Shown: positions 11,801-19,965, counted from the stretch's first letter. The stretch: 64,000 nucleotides of DNA from Elusimicrobiota bacterium (GCA_043811535.1 JBDRNC010000012.1:32001-96000); one strand, 5' to 3'. The notes: generated by a model not told the origin, from the letters alone. Program-made: numbers and translations.

Positions 11801-13110
11801 TATCCTTTATATGGTTCTATTGGGGTTTTTGCATTTTGCTTAGGTATTAGGTTTTTGTTCTTCTCCTGTGGTTTTGTCGGATCTGTAGCCATCATATATT
11901 CTTCATAATTGTTAAGTCCGTCGCTATCAGGATCTCCATCTGGACCTTCTTCTTCGGTATTTTCCCAATAGTAGTCTTCCCACCAATCAGGGAGCCCATC
12001 ATTGTCTAAATCATCAGGATTTGGAGCAGTATCACCTACTTTTATTTCAAATTCGTACTTTTTACTCGTTTCAGAATAGTCCCATTCATTTGTAGCAGTT
12101 ACAACATACTCATGTTTTCCAATTGATATGGGTGTTGTAGGGGTATATCTAACACTCACTCTTTCGTCATCTACTATTAGACATTCAACTGCTACAGGAG
12201 TTGAATCCAATGTAGCGGACACGGTTTCATATTTAATATCCAGCTTCGATTTCAATACTATCCAAATTGGTATACAAATATTATTATTGCTATTAACATA
12301 TATTGTTTTTCTTGGATATAGTTTGGGGGTAAAATAAGGAAAGATAGTATATGGATCATGAGCCTGCTCTTGATTGACTTCATAAGCATTATTCCAAATA
12401 TAAAATGAGGAATAATATGGACTCAGGCTGATATACTCTTCAATTACCTGCCGGCAATGCCATCCCGGATTGTCATTACTATAAGCCCATGAAACTGCAT
12501 GGTAAACAAGTGCGCTGTTTTGTCCATTAAAAACAACATCTCCAAAAACCATAACATGACGTCTGGAATTATTAAATAAGAAATCACCTTTTTTAACATC
12601 TTTAGGTTCAATTCTAACCAATACATTTGCTTTCAAATCCGTCGTGTCGTACATCGCACTTCCAATTGCATAACAGACCAAACCGGAACAATCTATTCCA
12701 GCATACCCTTTATATCCACTTGGTCTAGGCGCCTCATCCTTTCGGCCTGCTACATATTTATCAGCCAGTTTGCTGCGAAATTCTGTTGGATAGTCTTTTA
12801 AACCATAAGCATATGCTTCGCCTTCTGATCCATTTACATTTACATATTGATTAAGTTTCCAATAGGGCCATCTTCTATCTTTGTCCGCTGGCGAATCGTC
12901 AGGATTGCCCCTCCTATCATCTTCCTCATCATCTTCTTTACTGCCAGGTATATCACCGTTATTAATAATATTCTTTTCTTGAATAACCCAATTACAATCA
13001 AGAAATGGCTGTATTTCATCAATTATTCCATCCCTATCTCGGGCATAGGAAGTACCAATTCCGCTAATAATAATTAATATTATGATAAATACATTTGTTA
13101 TCTGCATCAT
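2821..13110 (-). CDS. 3429-aa secreted multidomain surface protein: NlpC/P60 peptidase, Ca-binding DxDxDG repeats, DUF7619-like, Ig/FlgD/FN3/CARDB/DUF4382-like, three LamG-like, CBM11-like, two F5/8C discoidin domains
   Basis: Signal peptide; GIDCSGLV...RHVMVF...YHA; DDLDNDGLPDWWE and DPDSDGLNNYEEY; DPNILYGP...LNYTVEFEN; C-terminal AVDG..TRWSS...WETAYG...WGYSLWE twice. Confidence 0.85.
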   Translation of the reverse strand: MMQITNVFIIILIIISGIGTSYARDRDGIIDEIQPFLDCNWVIQEKNIINNGDIPGSKEDDEEDDRRGNPDDSPADKDRRWPYWKLNQYVNVNGSEGEAYAYGLKDYPTEFRSKLADKYVAGRKDEAPRPSGYKGYAGIDCSGLVCYAIGSAMYDTTDLKANVLVRIEPKDVKKGDFLFNNSRRHVMVFGDVVFNGQNSALVYHAVSWAYSNDNPGWHCRQVIEEYISLSPYYSSFYIWNNAYEVNQEQAHDPYTIFPYFTPKLYPRKTIYVNSNNNICIPIWIVLKSKLDIKYETVSATLDSTPVAVECLIVDDERVSVRYTPTTPISIGKHEYVVTATNEWDYSETSKKYEFEIKVGDTAPNPDDLDNDGLPDWWEDYYWENTEEEGPDGDPDSDGLNNYEEYMMATDPTKPQEKNKNLIPKQNAKTPIEPYKGYMLSIKDVDAPADPNILYGPAGQIDPDQTLNYTVEFENVGEGIAYGVYIVDTFNSYFDTTTLVVSNFKRIDYDTQTETSADFTYNFDSELRSLTVFVDTEGEIGPNQGGKFDISIKLVDGIQVGTAVSNYATVFFPSAPEETNTNTIVSVVASETNLQYTGPESFSCASLAELSGYLTDTSSNSIVNQDVIFTIAGTSYTAKTDGSGSYFLPIDPLDLPAGEYELDIDYLGDGYFYFPAHVSESINIVKKSVIISDPSQVTASTDFLTITTTVTDIQDYDLLHQQDEPKTLYLEYKTSDTWHALSEAVLSGSSVTLSFQLPMPIQKTYPIRAKFNGDSRYGYEVSESAIVLSDTQAISSLYSDDIYLSHHEPTNIKYQVAENAKVELLVYDYEYNLIRSFPFVSSEQGYLYANEWNGNSSSGCAVNTGTYIVLAVALNAENNLSTSTINVIVDNEDPVTAFSQPVAGSWYKGTVEISGTALDMISGLSEYTLNYSSGETWMPILSSTETVENGILGQWVTPPEANGETYTLKLVATDFVGNSSTATITIYVDNVLPVANIQQPAAGSWCRSSVQIVGTAQDYAYGGTGFLNYALSYSVIPGNWIEISTSGVAVENGNLGVWETPSSANGEYYGIKLSVADKAGNVCETTTTVRVENIAPVTALSEPISSELFTGLINISGTAQDYGVLCSGLQGYELTYSSASGSSVSITASQTPVENGLLGSWNTPPTANDELYTLKLTAADVAGNTNETTVGIHIDNTPPVISNLQARDITSNSARICWNTDDLSDTNLAYGTVPWPENFVVISTENVRAHAAVIDGLEIYPKRYYYNVKSLNRLDMTSSSTGYFDTAFNVSILPQLFPGVDITSGVVTIQPIISNPTITALKLYIDDTLIETKQSVAEFVIDTGYSGSLGLADGVHKFMLRAIDQNGLEYNRKFTVVLNNDGTGIFASNIACMTCGESYGSQDSGIDSISGQPVAGYSSYLSSSVVYLGALYSKSIQSGDLCVKPENISVVSRDDILSGQRKIIITVDIRNLGAAMLDNVKVRFLEGEAPNKSQIGEDKVINAISGNATMTAIAEKTIPISDSPAFFRFTIIADPDSEVNDMNRGNNEAEKDVAISPDGGPVIVGFQDAPVDDFSNIYVMFDEISLKDSNDEQVDLNTEQSTLDMLETRQPNQPVAVAAGIVPSGEYNGFSAKINSVVGIDKATKGVVNFSVTNPDVDIDNVFTVDKDEVVTYIVDFNLNESVIADGTNYIFAPSTDNIQGVVKHHSFDVIIDTKQVMMGLGQQEQVNCLIMNNAGNEDRYCAKLVTNINRSMFILPSSITVASQGAELTQIEFKTPSSTRTFNGQDTDYKILYSIDWPSSFDKLLPVSFGKLVDGKFVIDYMRPKMDLVVGNPKYASNYLFVKSNTQFTINSKDDLYNAEDSLGLGVSSNSWMLSGANWNEYTNNNPAVGQTFSSEFTLSGFDQGLYTLSCRSEDLYKNTKVISSDIIIDNTPPFSGIALSSPVFSKNSENYVSDDMIYAVADYDPPVGREVFEETFSTGCTRWVNVWGTWNVSNGEYYGTAGLSRTEATFPADRIVEADVCTVYKDYGTWNLGWLYGKYHDWANCMYMLLHSNGDIELSILKDGQTERYFAMSSLNPFENHRFRYEIFGENVKIFVDGDKYIDIISTAVPFLSGSAAFDANGQSQAKFDNLKVYTDFVVGCGTAQANMNIDNAGYNAYISPFVLNGEGRHSIKYYSVDNLGNASSEKNLDVVVDGQPPEIEVISDNLFNDGSNIYIFDESTFTVNAIDPFITNYYLDENFEENHYKFNSLWGDWSIAGGKYTGSNGKTISVDTYPADRIVETDVKTTSPGADSWNVAWVYAKHTDSSNRIYALLHSGGNIELTIILQGVNSRYDVQTSLNPQDLHNFRFEISGNNLKLYIDNELYFNVNDAKISQLSGGIGYETMNCSAEFSNAKVYDRVEPSGAKEMTVAIDGGDYSSILNHYLEENFTQNNHTFAEQFGNWHIAGGKYFGSNGKSLSVDTYPADRIVETDVKTTSPGANSWDVAWVYAKHTDSSNRIYALLHSGGNIELTITLQGAGSRYDVQSSLNPQDLHNFRFEISGNNLKLYIDNELYFNVNDAKISQLSGGIGYETMNCSAEFSNAKVYDKDLSALSFVGGGRHTIAYKGSDNVGNIAESEYIVLVDTLAPVSYMSVSQPKYSANGNLYVTLDTLFTITAQDEGEYPSNIKNTEYRIDNDTWTNYASPFTLSDVAEGAHTVTYRSYDNGGNTEETKSIDVVVDNTPPAIVINSPIGGDIYVEARDMINVSFNASDISQANTTAYMTLVECECEPLIGTKVSVTTSSSINPSELPYYGFYTMTVEAGDYLGHYASSTTAKFEVIWDTYTLTPTIDPITSPRSDPGIIVSGSAETDATVHIKMYQPKAAMAEYTVIASSDTYTLPITLANGDGVYTLTAKAHDIADNWSAESNPVQIVFTRSGILPVVTLITPDGGERIKGDTYDIQWNAVPYYSTDTITGITLKYTDQTMQAGIDNFDDGDYVNNLNANSGIWYSSNAIVSSEFTNAQDAYSNTGKSLQLDYEIPGQNDNGGFWTGIYTVPDMSTYTHVSLVVKGSQGGEEFKVGLKDTSYNEVKLPVKDYLTEDVTTYWQKVTIPMSAFNGVNCSSLDNFSISFDGISGTGSVYIDELRFIRWNAIANSISNAGDYIVNTAGLTQSERSLVRVEATDSQSRINYAESMDYFAMATNLAKGKTATASSGQDTASLAVDGVGSTRWSSDASDPQWYQVDIGTVQPVNKVVLNWETAYGKAYTIDVSSNGVDWTTVYATTNSAGGLENIEFNAVNARYVRMYGTERGTQWGYSLWEFEEYFNIHKASVSASSQGVDLIASNAFDGDLGTRWSSDADDTEWISIDFGAPVSFSTVVLFWETAYGESYDILVSNDGSNWTNAYSQTNGTGGTERINVGSQSARYLKIDGKQRGTQWGYSLWEIEVK
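5346..6300 (-). repeat. Internal near-identical duplication (567-bp offset) of a LamG/concanavalin-like module in the giant protein; a third, diverged copy lies at ~6700-7190
   Basis: 5346-5730 and 5913-6297 share long identical stretches (TYPADRIVETDVKTTSPGA...FSNAKVYD). Confidence 0.9.
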
Positions 13111-14186
13111 TTTATCGATTTCCTAGTTTTCACAGTTACACGAATTTCACCTTCATTATTTTCTGATGGAGCAATGTTAAATATTTTCCCTTCATTATCC
13201 ATAAACTCTCCGGATGCGTTCCTTGTTACAGATAAAAGCTTACCGTTTATGTCATACTCATTTACAAATACACCCCTATCATTGCCACGTCCTTGCCCAT
13301 ATCGTAAATATATTTTATTGTTATCAGATATCTTGCAAGAAGCCATTCCATTAATTTCGAAAGATATTGTATCATCTCCAATCCACGGTCTAATAGCATT
13401 TATATTTAAAACCGCATTTACACCATTTTTACTAAATATTTCTACTTTTATTCTATTATCATTTACCACTATTTCCTTTAATTCATAATCCTTATATTCT
13501 ATCTTTCGCTTCATTCTGTCTTTGTAAGATAACTCTCTGTTTTTAGACAAATTGAAATTACCTATCCATATCTGATCTTCATTGTCCAAAGTCATTCCGT
13601 ATACATTTGCGGGAGACTTTATCTTCTCAATAATTTCGTCATCCACAATTCTCCATATTTCACCTGTTTGAGTATCATTTTCTTTTTCGCCATCTACAAT
13701 TCCCTTGGTCAAATAGTAATAAATTTCATTTTCTGAAGATACCATTATATTCTTTCCATTATAATACGGTTTTTCTTCTATATCTATATGTTCTGCTCCA
13801 TTAATGTCTTCTCTAATTACAGTAAGACTCTTTCCATTTTTATCAGCACACGAAAGTACAGGTATGCTTTTTAAATAATATCCTTCCTTATCATATTTCT
13901 GGATTCTGTTATTAATATGATCTAATATGTATATTTCTTTCTTTGAGTTTACAACTAAAGAATCAGGATACATCGACGAGATGTTTAAAAACTCTGCCTC
14001 CATTGGTCCAATAACCCCAAATTCGCCTGGCCCCGTTCCAATTTTTCCCATATAAAACACTTCTTGAATATATTCCGAATCAACTGATGAGTATTTCATC
14101 GGCTGAGAATTCTTCATAAAGACAACTACTGCATATGTTAAAATACAAATAAAAAAAATAATTCTAATTATTTTCCACATATTCAC
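13107..14186 (-). CDS. Membrane-anchored NHL/beta-propeller-like hypothetical protein
   Basis: N-terminal hydrophobic segment; GTGPGEFG...PDSLVVNSKKEIYILDHINNRIQKYD (NHL motif). Overlaps both neighbouring genes by 4 nt; AT-rich. Confidence 0.7.
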   Translation of the reverse strand: MNMWKIIRIIFFICILTYAVVVFMKNSQPMKYSSVDSEYIQEVFYMGKIGTGPGEFGVIGPMEAEFLNISSMYPDSLVVNSKKEIYILDHINNRIQKYDKEGYYLKSIPVLSCADKNGKSLTVIREDINGAEHIDIEEKPYYNGKNIMVSSENEIYYYLTKGIVDGEKENDTQTGEIWRIVDDEIIEKIKSPANVYGMTLDNEDQIWIGNFNLSKNRELSYKDRMKRKIEYKDYELKEIVVNDNRIKVEIFSKNGVNAVLNINAIRPWIGDDTISFEINGMASCKISDNNKIYLRYGQGRGNDRGVFVNEYDINGKLLSVTRNASGEFMDNEGKIFNIAPSENNEGEIRVTVKTRKSIK

Positions 14187-17140
14187 TCTTCCGGGTCATA
14201 TCCATATATATATGTTTCAATAACTACAGGATAATCGCTGCTTAAGCCCCATTTCGCCTTAGCGATTAAATTGAACGTAAGTGACGTTTTTGGATCTATA
14301 ACTGGTATTTCCCATTGAACGCGCTCAGGACATGATTCGATTGTAGGATAAGCAACCCAATCATCCTCACCTATAAAAGTGTGATCGTATTCGCCGTCTG
14401 CAGATACAAAATCCATTTCTGGAGGAAGTTTGATTACAAGAAGGAGATACTCGCCTTTTTTTGATCCTTCATTTCTCACTGTTATTGTATACGGGATTGT
14501 TTGTCCTGGACTGATAGGCCCAGCATCAATGATATCCACTTCAAAGCATTCCTGCACTGGTCTTCCGTAGTCCAAACGGATTATCGAACCGAATAACGAG
14601 GGTGTCTGTTTACTCAATTCTATAACTGCCGAAAAGTATCCATCTAGTGGATTGGATATCATACCTTTCATTGCTATCCTTGAATTTTGTTTTGCGTAGG
14701 TATAAACGTTGCCGTTGCCAAAGCTCGACGTATACGATGCGAGAGCGAAGCCTTGGTTGTTGTAGGGGTTTGATGCATTGTTTATTCTGACGCAGTTGAC
14801 AGTCATAGACATATTCCCGCTAAAATGAGCGAAATATGCGCCTGATAGATTGGCCTGCGTATAGGTTAGTGTTGTATTATCATACGTGTTGGTGTTTTGT
14901 ACGGATATGTTTCCACTCAGCCATATTGTGTCGGTGTTTGCCTGATTTTGCACTTGGGCAATTGTCAATGTGGCCGTATATATGTCATAAGCGCCGCCGC
15001 TTACGGATTGCATGAATATGGCCTTCATAGTGCCTAACAATTGACCATCAATATACCCGTTGATAAATATCGTGCCGGTTGAATTACCCGTACCTAAATA
15101 TGACATCCCTTTGACATGACAGATATGCGTACTGATTCCTATTGCTATTTGCAGGTTGCTCGTGAAAAAGCCCTTATTTGCGAAAGCGCCGGTTATGATA
15201 TCCACTTTCTTGGCGTTAGAGAATGTTGCAACCCCAAAATTGCCGGCTTCGTTCCAGCATTCCGTATTAGTTAGTTGCAGTTCCTGTTCTTGGACTGTTT
15301 CTGAAAGGGATTTATTTGAAGTATTTGTCTGTGAAAGGTTCAGGAAAGTGACCGGTGATATCTCGCTCATTGAACTGATATATATAGTGCCATCTTCGCC
15401 ATTGTTTATTTCTCCAATACCTTCTCCTCCGTATTTTCTTACTGTTCCAGTAAAAGAAGTTGTGTTGCGGTATATGACGATTCTGCCTCCCGAACCAGCG
15501 CCGGATGTGGCATATGGATCTGCATCTCCACCATCCGCGCAAATGATACCGGCACCTAATAATTGATTAGTCACTATAAAAATGCTTCCTCCCGCGCCAC
15601 CGCCACCGCCGTTAGCACCGGAATGACTGCCCTGTTTTCCGCTTGACGTAATCGTTCCCTCATTCGTTAATGTTCCGTCCACCTTAATTCTGATTATTCC
15701 CCCGCCTGCACCGCCAAGCGCAAGACCTGCCCCTACCCCTCCGCCAGAACCAAAATCTAATGGGGCAAACATACTGTCATTTGTTATTCCCTTATTACCA
15801 CTACTGCCAAATCCGCCATCACCGCCATATGCCCCCCCGCCGCCATTCCCTCCTGTATCCTGCCCACCGCCGCCAGGCCCTTCGCCTGCTGAAAAGGTTA
15901 CACCATCTCCGCCGCGATAACCCTTGCCATCAACATTGATGGAAGCTCCGGAATCAATGTCCATGTTGTTGGTAACCATCAAGTTGAAATCCGGATCATT
16001 GACTGAGTGCGTGATTAATCCTCCGGAAGAGACATGAAGATCGGTGAAGGTTATGGCTGAATTGACGTACAATTCGCCAAGAGCGTTAATCTCGCCTGAG
16101 GTAACCGCACATTGCCCGGAATTGCAGTACATCGTGCTATTAGCGGAAAGGTCTAAATTTGTTATATTAACTGTCCCCTCGCATGCATAAATTCCATCAT
16201 TAGAAACGTTCAACTGGTCGGCATTCAGGGTTTCACTGGTTTTTACAACACCCAAGCCCCGCACATTGATGTCATCAAACTGGCCTGAAATATACGTGCT
16301 ATTGCCCAATTGATTATTGTTGCTGAAAAAAAGACTCCCATAACTTTGCGAACCGTTTTTTGTATATATAGTTCCGCATCCGCCTCTATAGGTAGTGTAT
16401 GCACCTATGCCCCCGCCATATGCGGATATGGTTCCGGTAAAATTATTAGCGCCATAATAGATGGCTATCCTTCCGCCACTTCCCCCAGTACCAGGCCCAC
16501 TCTGCACAGGTGAACCTCCGTTGGCCTCGATTATTCCACTCCCCTCAAGTATTCCGGCGTTAATTAAAATGCCGCCGCCTGAACCTGACCCTCCGAAATA
16601 ACCATCATAGCCACCGGATGCTCCGTCTGTTTTTATTTCCCCATCATTTGTAAGAGTGCCTGTAGTGTTTATTACTATTTTTCCACCGCCCGCACCGCCA
16701 CTTCCGCTTTGACCATAATTCCCCGCGCCTCCAGATCCCATATAATCTGGTTGGGTTATACTGCCGTATTGGTTACCTCCCATACTCATCCCGCCGTATG
16801 CACCAGCACCCCCTGGAGCCAATCCACCTCCAGGTCCTTCACCTGATTCGTCTGCTGACGTGCCGCCACTATATCCTTTTCCGGAAACATCTATCTTCCC
16901 GCCGCTGAATATTGTTATTTCAGGAGCAGACAACTCCAATGTCCCGCCCGAAGAACCATTATAGGCAGGCACATTTAATGTTCCGTAGATTTGTATTGAA
17001 TTGAAATAGGATTCCGAACCAGTGGAAAGAGTGTATGTCTCTGTAGAATAAACAATGAGGTTATAATCATCATCCACAACCGCAAAAGATGCGGCTGGGA
17101 TAAGAAACAGAAGTGATAGTAATGTGGTTATTTTCTTCAT
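14183..17140 (-). CDS. Secreted glycine-rich surface protein with C-terminal DUF11-like domain
   Basis: Signal peptide; repeated GSGG/GGAGGG-I-I...GGSGGRIAIY units; C-terminal PGQTIPYTITVRNEG...LPPEMDFVSA. Confidence 0.75.
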   Translation of the reverse strand: MKKITTLLSLLFLIPAASFAVVDDDYNLIVYSTETYTLSTGSESYFNSIQIYGTLNVPAYNGSSGGTLELSAPEITIFSGGKIDVSGKGYSGGTSADESGEGPGGGLAPGGAGAYGGMSMGGNQYGSITQPDYMGSGGAGNYGQSGSGGAGGGKIVINTTGTLTNDGEIKTDGASGGYDGYFGGSGSGGGILINAGILEGSGIIEANGGSPVQSGPGTGGSGGRIAIYYGANNFTGTISAYGGGIGAYTTYRGGCGTIYTKNGSQSYGSLFFSNNNQLGNSTYISGQFDDINVRGLGVVKTSETLNADQLNVSNDGIYACEGTVNITNLDLSANSTMYCNSGQCAVTSGEINALGELYVNSAITFTDLHVSSGGLITHSVNDPDFNLMVTNNMDIDSGASINVDGKGYRGGDGVTFSAGEGPGGGGQDTGGNGGGGAYGGDGGFGSSGNKGITNDSMFAPLDFGSGGGVGAGLALGGAGGGIIRIKVDGTLTNEGTITSSGKQGSHSGANGGGGGAGGSIFIVTNQLLGAGIICADGGDADPYATSGAGSGGRIVIYRNTTSFTGTVRKYGGEGIGEINNGEDGTIYISSMSEISPVTFLNLSQTNTSNKSLSETVQEQELQLTNTECWNEAGNFGVATFSNAKKVDIITGAFANKGFFTSNLQIAIGISTHICHVKGMSYLGTGNSTGTIFINGYIDGQLLGTMKAIFMQSVSGGAYDIYTATLTIAQVQNQANTDTIWLSGNISVQNTNTYDNTTLTYTQANLSGAYFAHFSGNMSMTVNCVRINNASNPYNNQGFALASYTSSFGNGNVYTYAKQNSRIAMKGMISNPLDGYFSAVIELSKQTPSLFGSIIRLDYGRPVQECFEVDIIDAGPISPGQTIPYTITVRNEGSKKGEYLLLVIKLPPEMDFVSADGEYDHTFIGEDDWVAYPTIESCPERVQWEIPVIDPKTSLTFNLIAKAKWGLSSDYPVVIETYIYGYDPEE

Positions 17141-17164
17141 TGAAGATGTTAAATCATGAATGAT

Positions 17165-18178
17165 TTACAATTTCATTATAAAAGCTAAAGCAAAATATGG
17201 AGGTACGTTACAGTGTGCTTGCCCTCCACCAGCCGAATTGCAACTAACATTGTGTGTATGATTACCAACGCTTGATATTGTTGGAGAATCCGCTGTATGC
17301 CCCTGACCATTGCCGCACAAGGTCACACTGAAACCGTACGCCGAAGTATAAGATTGGGACCCAAATAACGTATGCGAATGCCCCCCGGCCTCATACTGAG
17401 TGATTCCATGTGAATGTGATGGTATTTGCGAAATATCAAGCATAACCGTTGAATAGCCACCAGTCTGATTAGATGTGCCCAGAATATCTGTTTTTGGTGT
17501 TCCACTCGCATTATTTGAACCAATAACAAACCTATTCTCCAAATTAGGTGTTGTTGTAGGAACCCCATTATACGTATGCTCTTCCCCATCGCACAACGCC
17601 CATCCTTCAGGGATGTTGTTTACAGAACCGGACCACATTATTATTGCCCCTTTGGGGACCATATAAAACTCTTGCCCGTTTTTAACACTTTTTGCTTCCC
17701 CATTTATTAAAATATTCCCGCCAACTGTAAAATCTCCCGTTGACAAATCCGCGCTATAGGCATGGAAAGCATAGCCAGTTCCAAGCAGTTTCTGACGCGG
17801 CACCAATACTTCCGTTGAATTATCACTATGCTTAATTGTTGTCTCAAGCCATAAATCACCGTTTGTGTTGATTATTGAGTCCCTTAAAGCTGTCGAGCTA
17901 TTTCCAAGGTTAACCTGAAATACCCCGTTTTTACATGTTACCTGGTTTTCCTCTGACCAAATAAGATTACCTTCAATATTGGCATCGTATATCTTAAATA
18001 TTATATTGTATTGACCATCTGGCTTGTTTACACCCACTCCGTCTGTAAGCCGCCCTTGGATATTTAGGGCATTAGGCATAGCAGCATTAAGTGAGCAGAA
18101 TAACGAACAACTTAGCAGTAAATTCATACTCACAAATAATACGATTTTACGTTTCAAATTGCCAAGAAAATAATTCAT
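17165..18178 (-). CDS. Secreted protein with phage tail-collar / tail-fibre-like C-terminal domain
   Basis: IQGRLTD..G.YNIIFKIYD...IWSE N-terminal domain; VPKGAIIMWSG..IPEGWALCDG..TPNL..RFVIG; HSH repeats; PPYFALAFIMKL. GGAGG RBS upstream. Confidence 0.8.
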   Translation of the reverse strand: MNYFLGNLKRKIVLFVSMNLLLSCSLFCSLNAAMPNALNIQGRLTDGVGVNKPDGQYNIIFKIYDANIEGNLIWSEENQVTCKNGVFQVNLGNSSTALRDSIINTNGDLWLETTIKHSDNSTEVLVPRQKLLGTGYAFHAYSADLSTGDFTVGGNILINGEAKSVKNGQEFYMVPKGAIIMWSGSVNNIPEGWALCDGEEHTYNGVPTTTPNLENRFVIGSNNASGTPKTDILGTSNQTGGYSTVMLDISQIPSHSHGITQYEAGGHSHTLFGSQSYTSAYGFSVTLCGNGQGHTADSPTISSVGNHTHNVSCNSAGGGQAHCNVPPYFALAFIMKL

Positions 18179-18194
18179 TTAAAACCTCCTAAAT

Positions 18195-18228
18195 AAAAAA
18201 TACCTGGAAATCTACATTTTCCAGGTAT
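18195..18228 (-). terminator. Intrinsic terminator-like hairpin in the leader, directly before the RBS of the tail-collar gene
   Basis: Minus strand ATACCTGGAAA-ATGTAGA-TTTCCAGGTAT followed by a T run. Confidence 0.65.
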
Positions 18229-18492
18229 ATAAACGTCAAACATACTATCAGCTCGTTGACTTCCCCTTTTTAGCTGCACTCGGTTTTTCCTTCTAAATGA
18301 TATAATGCCAATTATTCATATGCTGTTGTCAGGATTGTAAACAAATATTTTATTATTGTCAAGTCATTTGAAAAAGTATTTTTTCAATAATTTTAATTAA
18401 AGTATTTTATCGTCGACAATTAAAGGGGATATAACTGTTAATTGCTTCTGGAAAGATATAGTTATAACCGGCGCTGACAACTAAACATGTCT

Positions 18493-19779
18493 TTACCAAT
18501 TTGTTGTCACCCCAATTGACGTTATCCAGCCGCTCCAGGTGTGCTCTTCACCATTAGCCTCAAGTTTCCGCCACGGCGGAATGTATTTTAGATCAAACAT
18601 TGCGTGAATTGTATCACTCGAAAAGAAGTTTATACCGGCAACCGGATATATCGTCAAATAACCGATTTCCGCCTCAATTTGTGATCCATAAACCTCCTGA
18701 TATTTGTATTCCGGCGGTTCATTATAAGTTATTCTTTTTATGCTTTTAAAACTTTCCAGTAGATATCCTGCACCCAATCCGATGTACGGTGAAAACCAAT
18801 TAGGATAAAGGAAGTTTTTCTTAACGGCAAAAGGAGAATACAAATGAACTGTGTATTCTGTGCGTGATCCAATATATGAATATCCCTGGAAAACTCCATT
18901 CGAATCAGCGATAGTCCGTTGTTTGTAATGGTACTCACTAGTTATATATGCATAATCTCCCCAAAACCATTGAACACCCCATCCATCTTTAAGTTGCCAT
19001 TCCCATAACAATCCTGCTGGCGCAAACAATGTCGCTGAATTTTCAAAGTTTCCATAGCTCTTTAATGCATCGATATCTTCTGTCTTGCTGAGTACAGTGC
19101 TTTTTTCAAAAAACGATACAGAAGTTTTATCTTTCAACGGAAGAGAAACACCGCAGATAATCCCCAATCCAAAGAATCTACGCTTTCCAACAAGCACGAT
19201 GTTATATCCCGGGTCAATTTTCTTTTTGTCCGAGCCCCATTTATATGCGATTGTTTCATAATCACCTATACCCGCGGCTTCCACGTTTGCGACAAACTTT
19301 CCCGAAGAATCATATACCGCATATATGTCTCTTTCTCCCACTTCATGCAGCGATCCTCTGTCAATGCTGACTTTGGGGCCGTATGAGGCAAGCACCTTGC
19401 CCCGTTTTTTTGGCTCAAACTTTGCGTATCGTTCAATCTTCAAATAGAGGTCTACTCCTTGCTGCTCTTTTTGACCGGGCACATATACCTTTGCGTTTTT
19501 TTCAATTGTGCCTTTGCCTGCGAGTGTGGCTTCATATGTATATTTTCCGTTCACTTCCATATATAGATCAGCTAAAATAGCCTTTATCTCCTTTTCTATG
19601 AATATCTCGGTACCGGTGGGTAGCTTGGTTTCAATCTCTACGGTAAGGATAGTAGAATTCGAGCGTTGGTACACACCGGTTACCTTTCCGATTTCCGCAA
19701 GCTCAACAGCATTCAAAAAAGAAGGGATACTAATAAGTAATATGGAAAGAAGAATAGGAAGTAATTTTGATTTAATCAT
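18493..19779 (-). CDS. Putative outer-membrane protein (FlgT-C-like N-terminal domains plus OmpW-like beta-barrel)
   Basis: Signal peptide; VSIDRGSLHEV..RDIYAVY; SPYIGLGAGY; amphipathic strands ending in terminal Trp. Confidence 0.6.
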   Translation of the reverse strand: MIKSKLLPILLSILLISIPSFLNAVELAEIGKVTGVYQRSNSTILTVEIETKLPTGTEIFIEKEIKAILADLYMEVNGKYTYEATLAGKGTIEKNAKVYVPGQKEQQGVDLYLKIERYAKFEPKKRGKVLASYGPKVSIDRGSLHEVGERDIYAVYDSSGKFVANVEAAGIGDYETIAYKWGSDKKKIDPGYNIVLVGKRRFFGLGIICGVSLPLKDKTSVSFFEKSTVLSKTEDIDALKSYGNFENSATLFAPAGLLWEWQLKDGWGVQWFWGDYAYITSEYHYKQRTIADSNGVFQGYSYIGSRTEYTVHLYSPFAVKKNFLYPNWFSPYIGLGAGYLLESFKSIKRITYNEPPEYKYQEVYGSQIEAEIGYLTIYPVAGINFFSSDTIHAMFDLKYIPPWRKLEANGEEHTWSGWITSIGVTTNW

Positions 19780-19898
19780 ATAAAATATTCTGGAACTCTA
19801 ATTACGGTTGTTTTCATGTCACAAATCCGTCACAATCTGAAAATTTGACAAGAAATAGACATGTTTTTCTATAGTTTAAAAGTATTGAATATTCTATT

Positions 19899-19965
19899 GA
19901 AAAGGTGGGATTCGAACTCCCGATACCCCAAAGGAGTATACCGGTTTTCGAGACCGGCGCCTTTG
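19899..19965 (-). pseudogene. Partial, degenerate tRNA-Ser(CGA): anticodon arm, variable arm and T arm only
   Basis: Minus strand AAGGCG-CCGGT-CTCGAAA-ACCGG-long variable arm-GGGAG-TTCGAAT-CCCAC. The 5' acceptor stem and most of the D arm are missing, and the T stem is mismatched. Confidence 0.8.

Noticed and set aside
17165..18178. Prophage
   Set aside because: The tail-collar-like domain has a signal peptide, and there are no capsid, terminase, portal or integrase genes.
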